Positions 14,707-27,180 of a stretch of 64,000 nt of DNA are shown here, in pieces. The position numbers and the translations under genes were made by a program. Numbering within the stretch: the first letter of the stretch is position 1; each line of letters starts with the position of its first letter. This stretch comes from Escherichia coli (GTDB lineage Bacteria; Pseudomonadota; Gammaproteobacteria; Enterobacterales; Enterobacteriaceae). The stretch lies in NCBI RefSeq assembly GCF_003018255.1, contig NZ_CP027440.1; one strand, given 5' to 3'. The notes beneath the pieces were generated by a model. It did not search any database. It worked only from the letters and a program-made list of their open reading frames with translations, and had not been told where the DNA came from.

Positions 14707-14772
14707 TATAAAACCGGCTGAGAGCGTGCCTTTCAGCCGGTTTTTGCATCTGGCACGCAGAAAGAAAAGCGA

Positions 14773-15495
14773 TCAAATTAAGCCAGTAGCGGCCGCGTAA
14801 CAGGCCACCTGGGTCTTATTTGGTGCATTGATTTTTTTCTGCATGTTTTTCTGATGGAAATTGACCGTATTCTCAGAGATTGACAAAATCATCGCTATCT
14901 CTGCTGATGTCTTCCCTTCCGCCGTCCATTTCAGAATTTCTTTTTCGCGCTTGCTGAAATTCATCTCTGGCGTCATCACTATTTCATCATTTAAACGCAT
15001 CAGAGCCATCAGACTTTCGCGCACCAGTAACTGCATTTTTAATTGCAGTTCATCACTAAGAATGGGTATTTCGCGCGCAGTGCAACGGGAAAAGGACAAA
15101 AAGCCCAGCGCCCGGTTTGGCAGCATTAAATACTGAGTGACACCGCGGCGTAAACCATGCGCGCGCGCAGCTTCCCATAACGGCTGTGCTTCGCTGAATA
15201 AGTCATCATTCCACATTAAATGGCCCTGACTAAAGTTTTCAGGGTTCAGTACAGGATCAATTGCGAGAAAGTTTTTTGCCTGATAATAACTAACCCACGC
15301 CTCAGGGTAATTGGTGTAGAAAGCCACTTTAGGTCGCGTGAATGGTACCGGGTGGCGAACACATAACGAATAGTAATCGTACTCCAGCTGCTGAGCCTGA
15401 AGCTCTATTTCATGGTAGACCTCTTCTGCGGCCTCCATCCTCTGAAAACGCAACAGCATCGTGCGACGCCAGCTGAAAAAATCCGTATCCTGCAT
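14773..15495 (-). CDS. sdiA: LuxR-family quorum-sensing regulator SdiA
   Basis: ORF 14773..15507; start trimmed to MQDTDFFSWRRTMLLRFQRMEAAEEVYHEIELQAQQLEYDYYSL (240 aa). Confidence 0.92.
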   Translation of the reverse strand: MQDTDFFSWRRTMLLRFQRMEAAEEVYHEIELQAQQLEYDYYSLCVRHPVPFTRPKVAFYTNYPEAWVSYYQAKNFLAIDPVLNPENFSQGHLMWNDDLFSEAQPLWEAARAHGLRRGVTQYLMLPNRALGFLSFSRCTAREIPILSDELQLKMQLLVRESLMALMRLNDEIVMTPEMNFSKREKEILKWTAEGKTSAEIAMILSISENTVNFHQKNMQKKINAPNKTQVACYAAATGLI

Positions 15496-15724
15496 AGTAA
15501 ACCGCAACGCCCCTGAGAGTGAGTATCATTTATAATGATAATTCAAACTATCACATAAATAAGATTTATATATAATTTATATTATTCAGGCAATGAATTA
15601 CTTTTGCAAGCCATCGCATTCTCTTATGTTATTAATGAGTTATGCTGATTTGTTAAGCAGTTTTATCACGTTTGAAGTGGCGCACCGCCCCGACAGGTGA
15701 ATCGTCGGGGCTGATTTTTTCTTA

Positions 15725-16477
15725 TTATTGCAGCAGAAACTTCTCGAGGAACTGGCGGGTGCGAGGCTGCTCGGGATCGGCAAATAACGCTTTTGCGGCC
15801 CCCTGCTCGACTATCCGCCCCTGGTCCATAAAGATCGCCCGGTCCGCAACATCCCGGGCAAAGCTCATTTCGTGCGTCACAATCACCATCGTGCGCTTTT
15901 CCTGCGCCAGCTGGCGGATGGTGTTCAGGACTTCGCCCACCAGCTCTGGATCCAGCGCCGACGTTGGCTCGTCAAACAAAATCACTTCAGGACGCATAGC
16001 CAGCGCTCGCGCAATCGCGACACGCTGCTGTTGACCGCCAGACAAACGACGTGGATAGCTGGTTTCTTTACCTGCCAGCCCAACTTTCGCCAGCAGCTCG
16101 CGAGCGCGCGCCGTGGCCTCTTCTTTCGGTTCGCCTTTGACGATCACCGGCCCTTCAATAATGTTTTCCAGCACCGTACGATGCGGAAACAAATTAAAGT
16201 TCTGGAAGACAAACCCGACGTGCTGACGCAACTGGCGAATCAGCGATTTTTGCTGACTTAATGAACGTGCAGTATCAATGGTGATATCGCCAACGGTGAT
16301 GGTTCCCGCTTCCGGTTGTTCCAGCAGATTTATGCTGCGTAGCAACGTGGTTTTGCCGGAACCACTTGGACCGATAATTGCCACCACTTCGCCAGGCTTC
16401 ACCTCAAGGTCGATACCGTGCAGCACCGTCTGACCGTGGAATTTTTTCACCAGGTTCTTAACTTCAATGGCACTCAT
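15725..16477 (-). CDS. tcyN: L-cystine ABC transporter ATP-binding protein TcyN (YecC)
   Basis: 250-aa ABC ATPase with GPSGSGKTT Walker A and LSGGQQQRVAIARAL signature. Confidence 0.92.
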   Translation of the reverse strand: MSAIEVKNLVKKFHGQTVLHGIDLEVKPGEVVAIIGPSGSGKTTLLRSINLLEQPEAGTITVGDITIDTARSLSQQKSLIRQLRQHVGFVFQNFNLFPHRTVLENIIEGPVIVKGEPKEEATARARELLAKVGLAGKETSYPRRLSGGQQQRVAIARALAMRPEVILFDEPTSALDPELVGEVLNTIRQLAQEKRTMVIVTHEMSFARDVADRAIFMDQGRIVEQGAAKALFADPEQPRTRQFLEKFLLQ

Positions 16478-17142
16478 TTTGGTTCTCTCTCCTGGCGATT
16501 AAGTTGATTCTCAAAATGGTTCTGCAACGTCGATAATACTGTCGCCATGATCCAGTAGATGAGCGAAGCCGCCAGGTACATGGTGAACACCTCCAGCGTG
16601 CGCGAGGTAATCAACTGCGCCTGACGGAACAGCTCCGGCACCTGGATTGTCGCGGCCAGCGACGTATCTTTTACCAGGCTGATAAAGCTGTTCGACAGCG
16701 GCGGCAACGCCACACGCGCCGCCTGTGGCAAAATCGCGCGACGCATGGTCTGCCACGGCGTCATACCAATACTGGCAGCAGCTTCCCACTGACCTTTATC
16801 AATAGAAGAAATGGCGGCGCGCAGTGTTTCGGCGGCATAGGCGGCAGTGTTTAGCGACAGACCAATCATTGCTGACGGAATGGGATCTAATTCGATGCCA
16901 AACTGCGGCAGGCCGTAATAGATCATAAACAGTTGTGCGATGAGTGGCGTACCACGAAAAATAGAGATATAAAAACGCGCCAGCCAGCGCACGGGCCAGA
17001 TTGGCGAAAGGCGCATCAGCGCGAGAATAAACCCGAGCAGTAAGCCAAAAAACATGCCGCCGATACTGAGTTGCAGCGTATACCCAGCCCCTTTCAGCAG
17101 GAACGGCAAGGAATCAATAACCAGTTGTATACTTTCTTGCAT
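16474..17142 (-). CDS. tcyL: L-cystine ABC transporter permease TcyL (YecS)
   Basis: 222-aa polar-amino-acid ABC permease; 4-bp overlap with tcyN. Confidence 0.92.
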   Translation of the reverse strand: MQESIQLVIDSLPFLLKGAGYTLQLSIGGMFFGLLLGFILALMRLSPIWPVRWLARFYISIFRGTPLIAQLFMIYYGLPQFGIELDPIPSAMIGLSLNTAAYAAETLRAAISSIDKGQWEAAASIGMTPWQTMRRAILPQAARVALPPLSNSFISLVKDTSLAATIQVPELFRQAQLITSRTLEVFTMYLAASLIYWIMATVLSTLQNHFENQLNRQEREPK

Positions 17143-17156
17143 GAGCGTTTCCGGAG

Positions 17157-19048
<1,892 letters not shown>

Positions 19049-19135
19049 ATTTACCCCGAATGTTGTTATGTCTGTTTGCAGTGTAGAGCCATTGTTTGTA
19101 AACACAAAAACAACTCCGCTACATCTTATTCTTAT

Positions 19136-19687
19136 TTAATATATATCAGAAGCAGGCAGACTGGAGGATTTCTGCACAAGTCCGGTACACGTTTGACGCT
19201 GATAGTGTTGATACTTCCGTAACGCAATGCGGTAATTGTTGGTGCTGGTGGTGGGCAGCCACGGGGCGAGGATTTCATCAAGGAAACCGTCCTGCAGCTG
19301 ATCGAGGGAAATATTTTGCTCGTGTAGATGATTACCCAAACGGCGCAGACGAACGACATATTCACGCACCGTACCTGGGCTCATTTCAGTTTGCTCAAAA
19401 AGAAATTGCTTAAAGCCGATAATATCGAAAAAATCACTCTGCGTTTTGCAATGTAAATCACCGCAAAATCGGCACAATGCCGCCCATGATTTTTGTTCCA
19501 CTTGCCAGCCATTTTCATCAAGCAGCATGTCCAGGCGGGAAATCTCGATTTTATTCACTATTTTGCCGTCGCGAACGAGGGTAATGCGATCGAGTAATTT
19601 ACGGCAATGCGCGCAATGGGTCTGGCTGTGTTTAAAGTCTTTAAGATAGCGGCTTAATGGCCGTCTTTTCAGGTGCTGCACCATCAT
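19136..19687 (-). CDS. fliZ: flagellar regulator FliZ
   Basis: ORF 19136..19723; start trimmed to MMVQHLKRRPLSRYLKDFKHSQTHCAHCRKLLDRITLVRDGK (183 aa). Confidence 0.92.
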   Translation of the reverse strand: MMVQHLKRRPLSRYLKDFKHSQTHCAHCRKLLDRITLVRDGKIVNKIEISRLDMLLDENGWQVEQKSWAALCRFCGDLHCKTQSDFFDIIGFKQFLFEQTEMSPGTVREYVVRLRRLGNHLHEQNISLDQLQDGFLDEILAPWLPTTSTNNYRIALRKYQHYQRQTCTGLVQKSSSLPASDIY

Positions 19688-19732
19688 TAAGAACTCCTGG
19701 TAGTCAAAATTAAAGTGCGGCATTTACTGACG

Positions 19733-20452
19733 TTATAACTTACCCAGTTTAGTGCGTAACCGTTTAATGGCCTGGCTGTGTAACTGACTGACCCGCGATT
19801 CCCCGACCTCCAGCACCGCGCCAATCTCTTTGAGATTCAGCTCTTCCTGGTAATAGAGGGTTAATACCAGTTTTTCGCGCTCCGGCAACGTTTCGATAGC
19901 TTCCATCACCCGCTGGCGCAGATTACTGTCCAGCAGTTGTTGTAGCGGGTTTTCTCGCTGATGATCATCAGTAACCAGTTCGATGCTATCGCCGTGCTCT
20001 TCGCGCCACTCATCGTAGGAGAAGAGCTGGCTGTTATTGGTGTCGAGCAACATTTGGCGATAGTCGGCAATATCGATCCCTAAACGTTCCGCTACCTCAG
20101 TTTCCGTGGCGTTGCGGCCAAGTTCCTGCTCCAGTTGCCCTATTGCCTGTGCCACTTCACGCGCGTTGCGTCGCACGCTGCGCGGCACCCAGTCACGGCT
20201 GCGAAGTTCATCCAGCATAGCGCCACGGATACGCTGCACTGCGTAAGTTGTAAATGCCGTTCCTTGTAGGGCGTCATAGCGTTCGACGGCATTGAGTAAC
20301 CCAATGCCGCCCGCCTGTAGCAGATCGTCAAGTTCCACGCTCGCGGGCAGTCGAACCTGCAGGCGCAATGCTTCGTGACGCACCAGCGGGACATAACGCT
20401 GCCACAGCGAGTGTTTATCCATTACACCTTCAGCGGTATAGAGTGAATTCAC
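19733..20452 (-). CDS. fliA: flagellar sigma factor FliA (sigma-28)
   Basis: 239-aa ORF MNSLYTAEGVMDKHSLWQRYVPLVRHEALRLQVRLPASVELDDLLQAGGIGLLNAVERYD. Confidence 0.95.
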   Translation of the reverse strand: MNSLYTAEGVMDKHSLWQRYVPLVRHEALRLQVRLPASVELDDLLQAGGIGLLNAVERYDALQGTAFTTYAVQRIRGAMLDELRSRDWVPRSVRRNAREVAQAIGQLEQELGRNATETEVAERLGIDIADYRQMLLDTNNSQLFSYDEWREEHGDSIELVTDDHQRENPLQQLLDSNLRQRVMEAIETLPEREKLVLTLYYQEELNLKEIGAVLEVGESRVSQLHSQAIKRLRTKLGKL

Positions 20453-20573
20453 GATAAACAGCCCTGCGTTATATGAGTTATCGGCATGATTATCCGTTTC
20501 TGCAGGGTTTTTAATCGGACGATTAGTGGGTGAAATGAGGGGTTATTTGGGGGTTACCGGTAAATTGCGGGCA

Positions 20574-20597
20574 GAAAAAACCCCGCCGTTGGCGGGG
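20574..20597 (-). terminator. candidate rho-independent terminator about 175 nt downstream of fliC
   Basis: Plus strand aaaaaaa-ccccgcc-gtt-ggcgggg; on the minus strand this is a GC hairpin followed by a U7 run. Confidence 0.55.
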
Positions 20598-20629
20598 AAG
20601 CACGTTGCTGACAAATTACCATTCATGTT

Positions 20630-20663
<34 letters not shown>

Positions 20664-20698
20664 AAAATCCGCAAATTCAATAAATTGCAATTCACCTT

Positions 20699-20727
20699 GT
20701 AGGCCTGATAAGCGCAGCGCATCAGGC
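20699..20727. repeat. REP element, inverted partner (with the previous one forms a BIME-like pair)
   Basis: GTAGGCCTGATAAGCGCAGCGCATCAGGC, in inverted orientation relative to the REP at 20630. Confidence 0.85.
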
Positions 20728-20770
20728 AATTTGGCGTTGCCGTCAGTCTCAGTTAATCAGGTTACGACGA

Positions 20771-22510
20771 TTAACCCTGCAGCAGAGACAGAACCTGCTG
20801 CGGTACCTGGTTAGCTTTTGCCAGCACGGAGTTACCGGCCTGCTGGATGATCTGCGCTTTCGACATGTTGGACACTTCGGTCGCATAGTCGGCGTCCTGA
20901 ATACGGGACTGCGCTTCGGACAGGTTGGTAGTGGTGTTGTTCAGGTTGGTGACCGCGGAATCCAGACGGTTTTGCACCGCACCGAGGGAGGAGCGGAATT
21001 TGTCGATGGAGCTGATGGCTTCGTCCAGAGCTTTCAGTGGATCGGCGGTGGTTGCAGCTTTAGTTTCAGCGTCAGTAGTAAAATTACCATCCGCTGAAAC
21101 ATAGACTGCTTTACCTGAACCATTGGTCACAGTTCCGTCTTTTTGCAAAAACAGATTGGTTGTATTATCGGTAGTCAGTGAACCATCAGCTTTGGTGTAA
21201 GCGTCTTCAAAAACTGTACCTGTGTATTGTTGTACTATACCTTTACTATCAACTTTAATATCGCCTGCGCTGGTACCAGTAGCTCCAACATCAACTGTGA
21301 ATCCTGTGGACTTAGTTGCCGATTGAAGAGACTCAGCACTCATTCTTGCATTTGCTACAGTGATTGCACCAGAAGTAGTAGCATCAGTACCGCCATCCAG
21401 AGTGAAGGTTGTTTCATCTTCAGTTGTAATTACCGTAGATACGGCACCCGGTGTGCCTGTTGTATGCCAGTTTTTAGTCAGTGCATCAAGAGTGGCTGCT
21501 TTGACAGTCCCAGCATTGTTTTGAGTGAGGTTACCATCTACGTCAATAAATAGTTCTGAACCATCTTTCGCGGTAATTTTACCGTCGCTAGCCAATACAA
21601 CGTCAATTGACGTAGAACCAATTTTAACGTTTAAGTTAGCAGTATCGCCCGCTTTTGGTGTCAGGAAGGATTGTAACTGAGCACTGTTACTATCACCAGA
21701 ATTTGTACCAGCTGCAATAGTTGCACTATATGTAAAATCACCTGTAGCGCTGTTGTATGTATAATCTGTAGCTGTTGGCGATCCAAAACCATTTGCAATT
21801 GTGGCATTAACTTTTGCGTTATTAGCCAAACTCGCAATTACATCTGCAGCTGTAGATGTTTTCAGGCCTGCGCTAACAGTATAGGTAACTGTACCATTAG
21901 CATCAGCAGTACCTGGAGCCAAGAGTTGAGCTGCTGCCAAATCAGATTTAGTCGCTGCAGTATTAGCCACAGCCCCGCCACCATTCACATTAAACCCACT
22001 CAGCCCCAGCGTATCAGAGTCAATTTTCTTCAGATCAATAGTGATAGTCTGGCCGTCATTCGCACCAACCTGAATTTTCATTGAACCGTCTTTCGCCAGT
22101 ACGTTCACGCCGTTGAACTGGGTCTGGCCAGATACGCGGTCAATTTCGTCCAGACGGGATTTGATTTCGTCCTGAATGGAGTCCAGATCCGAATCGGAGT
22201 TAGTCCCGGTAGAAGCCTGAACCGTCAGTTCACGGATACGCTGTAAGTTGTTGTTGATTTCGGACAGCGCGCCTTCGGTGGTCTGTGCAACGGAGATACC
22301 GTCGTTGGCGTTACGTGCAGCTTGAGTCAGACCTTTAATGTTAGAAGTAAAACGGTTAGCAATCGCCTGACCTGCGGCGTCATCCTTCGCGCTGTTAATA
22401 CGCAAGCCAGAAGACAGACGCTCGATAGAACTCGACAGCGCAGACTGGTTCTTGTTGATATTATTTTGAGTGATCAGCGAGAGGCTGTTGGTATTAATGA
22501 CTTGTGCCAT
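20771..22510 (-). CDS. fliC: flagellin FliC (579 aa; conserved termini, hypervariable central domain; not the K-12 allele)
   Basis: N-terminus MAQVINTNSLSLITQNNINKNQSALSSSIERLSSGLRINSAKDDAAGQAIANRF and C-terminus ...QVPQQVLSLLQG; T/S/A/G-rich central region. Confidence 0.95.
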   Translation of the reverse strand: MAQVINTNSLSLITQNNINKNQSALSSSIERLSSGLRINSAKDDAAGQAIANRFTSNIKGLTQAARNANDGISVAQTTEGALSEINNNLQRIRELTVQASTGTNSDSDLDSIQDEIKSRLDEIDRVSGQTQFNGVNVLAKDGSMKIQVGANDGQTITIDLKKIDSDTLGLSGFNVNGGGAVANTAATKSDLAAAQLLAPGTADANGTVTYTVSAGLKTSTAADVIASLANNAKVNATIANGFGSPTATDYTYNSATGDFTYSATIAAGTNSGDSNSAQLQSFLTPKAGDTANLNVKIGSTSIDVVLASDGKITAKDGSELFIDVDGNLTQNNAGTVKAATLDALTKNWHTTGTPGAVSTVITTEDETTFTLDGGTDATTSGAITVANARMSAESLQSATKSTGFTVDVGATGTSAGDIKVDSKGIVQQYTGTVFEDAYTKADGSLTTDNTTNLFLQKDGTVTNGSGKAVYVSADGNFTTDAETKAATTADPLKALDEAISSIDKFRSSLGAVQNRLDSAVTNLNNTTTNLSEAQSRIQDADYATEVSNMSKAQIIQQAGNSVLAKANQVPQQVLSLLQG

Positions 22511-22586
22511 GATTCGTTATCCTATATTGCAAGTCGTTGATTACGTATTGGGTTTCCACCCGTCGGCTCAATCGCCGTCAACCCTG

Positions 22587-22613
22587 TTATCGTCTGTCGT
22601 AAAACAACCTTTA
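22587..22613 (-). promoter_or_regulatory. sigma-28 (FliA) class 3 promoter of fliC
   Basis: Minus strand reads TAAAGGTT-N11-GACGATAA, fitting the sigma-28 consensus TAAAGTTT-N11-GCCGATAA. Confidence 0.75.
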
Positions 22614-22704
22614 GAATTTTTTTCACAAACAGCCATTTTTTGTTAGTCGCCGAAATACTCTTTTCTCTGCCCCTTATTCCCGCTATTAAAAAAAACAATT
22701 AAAC

Positions 22705-22731
22705 GTAAACTTTGCGCAATTCAGGCCGATA
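22705..22731 (+). promoter_or_regulatory. sigma-28 (FliA) promoter of fliDST
   Basis: TAAACTTT-N11-GCCGATAA, a near-perfect sigma-28 consensus 45 bp upstream of the fliD start. Confidence 0.75.
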
Positions 22732-22775
22732 ACCCCGGTATTCGTTTTACGTGTCGAAAGATAAAAGGAAATCGC

Positions 22776-24182
22776 ATGGCAAGTATTTCATCGCTGGGAG
22801 TCGGGTCAGGTCTGGATTTAAGTTCAATCCTTGATAGCCTCACCGCCGCGCAAAAAGCGACGCTAACCCCTATTTCAAATCAGCAATCGTCGTTTACCGC
22901 TAAACTTAGCGCCTACGGTACGCTGAAAAGCGCGCTGACGACTTTCCAGACCGCCAATACTGCATTGTCTAAAGCCGATCTTTTTTCCGCCACCAGCACT
23001 ACCAGCAGCACCACCGCGTTCAGTGCCACCACTGCGGGTAACGCCATCGCCGGGAAATACACCATCAGCGTCACCCATCTGGCGCAGGCGCAAACCCTGA
23101 CCACGCGCACCACCAGAGACGATACGAAAACGGCGATCGCCACCAGCGACAGTAAACTCATCATTCAACAAGGCGGCGACAAAGATCCGATTACCATTGA
23201 TATCAGCGCGGCTAACTCATCGTTAAGCGGGATCCGTGATGCTATCAACAACGCAAAAGCGGGCGTAAGCGCAAGCATCATTAACGTGGGTAACGGTGAA
23301 TATCGTCTGTCAGTCACATCAAATGACACCGGCCTTGATAATGCGATGACACTCTCGGTCAGCGGTGATGATGCGCTACAAAGTTTTATGGGCTATGACG
23401 CCAGTGCCAGCAGCAACGGCATGGAGGTCTCGGTCGCCGCCCAGAATGCGCAGCTGACGGTCAACAACGTCGCCATTGAGAACAGCAGCAACACCATCAG
23501 CGACGCGCTGGAAAACATCACCCTGAACCTGAACGATGTCACCACGGGCAACCAGACGCTAACCATCACTCAGGACACCTCCAAAGCGCAAACGGCGATT
23601 AAAGACTGGGTGAATGCCTATAACTCGCTAATAGATACCTTCAGCAGCCTGACCAAATACACCGCCGTAGATGCGGGAGCTGATAGCCAGAGTTCTAGCA
23701 ATGGCGCACTGCTCGGCGACTCCACGTTGCGGACGATTCAGACGCAGTTGAAATCGATGCTGAGTAATACCGTTAGTTCTTCCAACTATAAAACGTTGGC
23801 GCAGATTGGTATCACGACCGATCCCAGCGATGGCAAACTGGAACTGGATGCCGACAAACTCACCGCTGCACTGAAAAAAGATGCCAGCGGCGTAGGTGCA
23901 TTGATTGTTGGCGATGGTAAAAAAACCGGCATCACGACCACCATCGGCAGCAACCTGACCAGTTGGCTTTCGACAACAGGCATTATTAAAGCCGCTACCG
24001 ATGGCGTTAGTAAGACCCTGAATAAGTTAACCAAAGACTACAACGCCGCCAGCGATCGCATTGATGCGCAGGTCGCGCGCTACAAAGAGCAATTTACCCA
24101 ACTGGACGTTTTAATGACCTCGTTAAACAGCACCAGCAGCTACTTAACGCAGCAGTTCGAAAACAACAGTAATTCCAAGTAA
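22776..24182 (+). CDS. fliD: flagellar filament capping protein FliD
   Basis: 468-aa ORF MASISSLGVGSGLDLSSILDSLTAAQKATLTPISNQQSSFTAKLSAYGTLKSAL. Confidence 0.95.
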   Translation: MASISSLGVGSGLDLSSILDSLTAAQKATLTPISNQQSSFTAKLSAYGTLKSALTTFQTANTALSKADLFSATSTTSSTTAFSATTAGNAIAGKYTISVTHLAQAQTLTTRTTRDDTKTAIATSDSKLIIQQGGDKDPITIDISAANSSLSGIRDAINNAKAGVSASIINVGNGEYRLSVTSNDTGLDNAMTLSVSGDDALQSFMGYDASASSNGMEVSVAAQNAQLTVNNVAIENSSNTISDALENITLNLNDVTTGNQTLTITQDTSKAQTAIKDWVNAYNSLIDTFSSLTKYTAVDAGADSQSSSNGALLGDSTLRTIQTQLKSMLSNTVSSSNYKTLAQIGITTDPSDGKLELDADKLTAALKKDASGVGALIVGDGKKTGITTTIGSNLTSWLSTTGIIKAATDGVSKTLNKLTKDYNAASDRIDAQVARYKEQFTQLDVLMTSLNSTSSYLTQQFENNSNSK

Positions 24183-24206
24183 TCAATATTCATCGGGAGA
24201 CAGGTC

Positions 24207-24617
24207 ATGTACGCGGCAAAAGGCACCCAGGCCTATGCACAAATTGGCGTCGAAAGCGCCGTAATGAGCGCCAGCCAGCAACAGCTGGTCACCATGCTAT
24301 TTGATGGAGTGCTGAGCGCACTGGTTAGAGCGCGCCTGTTTATGCAGGACAACAATCAGCAAGGCAAAGGCGTCTCTTTGTCAAAAGCGATCAACATCAT
24401 TGAGAACGGGCTGCGGGTGAGTCTTGATGAAGAGAGCAAAGACGAACTAACCCAAAACTTGATTGCTCTTTATAGCTATATGGTCAGGCGCTTGCTGCAA
24501 GCCAATTTACGCAACGATGTCTCCGCAGTCGAAGAAGTGGAAGCATTAATGCGCAATATTGCCGATGCCTGGAAAGAGTCTTTACTCTCCCCTTCTTTGA
24601 TTCAGGACCCAGACTGA
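24207..24617 (+). CDS. fliS: flagellin-specific export chaperone FliS
   Basis: 136-aa [37 protein letters not shown]. Confidence 0.93.
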
Positions 24618-24982
24618 TGAACAATGCACCGCATTTGTATTTCGCCTGGCAACAACTCGTCGAAAAAAGTCAGCTCATGTTACGCCTGGCGACAGAAGAA
24701 CAATGGGACGAACTCATCGCCAGCGAAATGGCGTATGTGAATGCGGTGCAGGAGATCGCACACCTGACTGAAGAGGTTGCCCCGTCCACCACGATGCAGG
24801 AGCAGCTCCGCCCGATGCTGCGCCTGATTCTCGACAACGAAAGCAAGGTAAAGCAGTTATTACAGATTCGGATGGATGAACTGGCGAAACTGGTCGGTCA
24901 GTCATCGGTGCAAAAATCGGTGTTAAGTGCCTATGGCGATCAGGGTGGCTTTGTGCTGGCTCCGCAGGATAACCTCTTTTGA
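24617..24982 (+). CDS. fliT: flagellar chaperone and anti-FlhDC factor FliT
   Basis: 121-aa ORF directly following fliS (ATGA overlap). Confidence 0.9.
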
Positions 24983-25059
24983 ATCTTAAAGAGCCAATGG
25001 CTCGCGAATAATCTGATTACGGCTACGCTTCTAATGTTCCCCTTGAATGGAGTCGAAGA

Positions 25060-26547
25060 ATGCGTAATCCCACGCTGTTACAATGTTTTCACTGGTATTA
25101 CCCGGAAGGCGGTAAGCTCTGGCCTGAACTGGCCGAGCGCGCCGACGGTTTTAATGATATTGGTATCAATATGGTCTGGTTGCCGCCCGCCTATAAAGGC
25201 GCATCGGGCGGGTACTCGGTCGGCTACGACTCCTATGATTTATTTGATTTAGGCGAGTTTGATCAGAAAGGCAGCATCCCTACTAAATATGGCGATAAAG
25301 CACAACTGCTGGCCGCCATTGACGCCCTGAAACGTAATGACATTGCGGTGCTGCTGGACGTGGTAGTCAACCACAAAATGGGCGCGGATGAAAAAGAAGC
25401 TATTCGCGTGCAACGTGTAAATGCTGATGACCGTACGCAAATTGACGAAGAAATCATTGAGTGCGAAGGCTGGACGCGTTACACCTTCCCCGCGCGTGCC
25501 GGGCAATACTCGCAGTTTATCTGGGATTTCAAATGTTTTAGCGGTATCGACCATATCGAAAACCCTGATGAAGATGGCATTTTTAAAATTGTTAACGACT
25601 ATACCGGAGAAGGCTGGAACGATCAGGTTGATGATGAACTCGGTAATTTCGATTATCTGATGGGTGAGAATATCGATTTTCGCAATCATGCCGTGACGGA
25701 AGAGATTAAATACTGGGCGCGCTGGGTGATGGAACAAACGCAATGCGACGGCTTTCGTCTTGATGCGGTCAAACATATTCCGGCATGGTTTTATAAAGAG
25801 TGGATCGAACACGTACAGGAAGTTGCGCCAAAGCCGCTGTTTATTGTGGCTGAATACTGGTCGCATGAAGTCGATAAACTGCAAACGTATATTGATCAGG
25901 TGGAAGGCAAAACCATGCTGTTTGATGCGCCGCTGCAGATGAAATTCCATGAAGCATCGCGCATGGGTCGCGACTACGACATGACGCAGATCTTCACTGG
26001 GACGCTGGTGGAAGCCGATCCTTTTCACGCCGTAACCCTCGTTGCCAACCACGACACCCAACCGTTGCAAGCCCTCGAAGCACCGGTCGAACCGTGGTTT
26101 AAACCGCTGGCGTATGCCTTAATTTTGTTGCGGGAAAATGGCGTTCCTTCGGTGTTCTATCCGGACCTCTACGGTGCACATTACGAAGATGTCGGTGGTG
26201 ACGGGCAAACCTATCCGATAGATATGCCAATAATCGAACAGCTTGATGAGTTAATTCTCGCCCGTCAGCGTTTCGCCCACGGTGTACAGACGTTATTTTT
26301 CGACCATCCGAACTGCATTGCCTTTAGCCGCAGTGGCACCGACGAATATCCCGGCTGCGTGGTGGTCATGTCGAACGGGGATGATGGCGAAAAAACCATT
26401 CATCTGGGAGAGAATTACGGCAATAAAACCTGGCGTGATTTTCTGGGGAATCGGCAAGAGAGCGTAGTGACCGACGAAAACGGCGAAGCGACCTTCTTTT
26501 GCAACGGCGGCAGCGTCAGCGTGTGGGTTATCGAAGAGGTGATTTAA
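25060..26547 (+). CDS. amyA: cytoplasmic alpha-amylase AmyA (GH13)
   Basis: 495-aa [50 protein letters not shown] with GH13 motifs ([15 protein letters not shown]). Confidence 0.93.
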   Translation: MRNPTLLQCFHWYYPEGGKLWPELAERADGFNDIGINMVWLPPAYKGASGGYSVGYDSYDLFDLGEFDQKGSIPTKYGDKAQLLAAIDALKRNDIAVLLDVVVNHKMGADEKEAIRVQRVNADDRTQIDEEIIECEGWTRYTFPARAGQYSQFIWDFKCFSGIDHIENPDEDGIFKIVNDYTGEGWNDQVDDELGNFDYLMGENIDFRNHAVTEEIKYWARWVMEQTQCDGFRLDAVKHIPAWFYKEWIEHVQEVAPKPLFIVAEYWSHEVDKLQTYIDQVEGKTMLFDAPLQMKFHEASRMGRDYDMTQIFTGTLVEADPFHAVTLVANHDTQPLQALEAPVEPWFKPLAYALILLRENGVPSVFYPDLYGAHYEDVGGDGQTYPIDMPIIEQLDELILARQRFAHGVQTLFFDHPNCIAFSRSGTDEYPGCVVVMSNGDDGEKTIHLGENYGNKTWRDFLGNRQESVVTDENGEATFFCNGGSVSVWVIEEVI

Positions 26548-26553
26548 ATTCAT

Positions 26554-26572
26554 CCCCGGCGGCAAGCCGGGG
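26554..26572. terminator. candidate bidirectional terminator hairpin between convergent amyA and yedD
   Basis: ccccggc-ggcaa-gccgggg perfect 7-bp GC stem; the flanking U-run is weak. Confidence 0.4.
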
Positions 26573-26580
26573 AGATTTCA

Positions 26581-26994
26581 TTACGGCAGTGGCGTCGGTA
26601 ACGGCGCTTTATCCAGCGCGGCGGCACACTCTGCCGTCGGGCGATCCACACGCTCCATCGTCATACCATCGTACTCAATGGTGTTACCGTCACGCTCAAC
26701 CTCGTACAGCTCACGTTTCACGGTAACGTTAGTGAGATCATCAGACATCAATGTCAACTTACCCGGCACGGCAATCACCCGCTGCCACTGACGGCAATCC
26801 AGGGTATCGCCCTCTTTAGTGACAATCAGGCTGCCTATCGCTTCCGGACTGACCAGCGCACTTTGCGGCCCTTTGGTCTGCCAGTAGCCCGCCAGCCAGT
26901 CCGGCGCGGGGGTTTTCACGACATTGTTATAGTTTTCGACTTCGGCACAGCCCGCCAGCAACATGAGCGCGCCTGCAATTGCGAGTTTTTTCAT
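26581..26994 (-). CDS. yedD: lipoprotein YedD
   Basis: Lipoprotein signal MKKLAIAGALMLLAGC; ORF 26581..26997. Confidence 0.85.
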   Translation of the reverse strand: MKKLAIAGALMLLAGCAEVENYNNVVKTPAPDWLAGYWQTKGPQSALVSPEAIGSLIVTKEGDTLDCRQWQRVIAVPGKLTLMSDDLTNVTVKRELYEVERDGNTIEYDGMTMERVDRPTAECAAALDKAPLPTPLP

Positions 26995-27180
26995 CATTCG
27001 TCCTGCATGAGAAGAAAAGAGGATTGTGGCATTAAAGCCCTGATGTCGCCAGCCTTTCCAGGTTCAGAGAGAAATTTGATCTAACTATTATTTTTGTGAA
27101 TTATTACCCCGAAAATAAATTTGCTTGATGTATGATTCGCAACTCTTGTTTCAAACCTTCTGAGTTCAGAGGCTACATAC

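Noticed and set aside
16511-16789. 92-aa alternative-frame ORF inside tcyL
   Set aside because: Same strand but different frame from the well-supported permease gene; Gly/Ala-rich chance ORF.
25249-26070. 273-aa minus-strand ORF overlapping amyA
   Set aside because: Antisense to the clearly recognisable GH13 alpha-amylase; no independent support.
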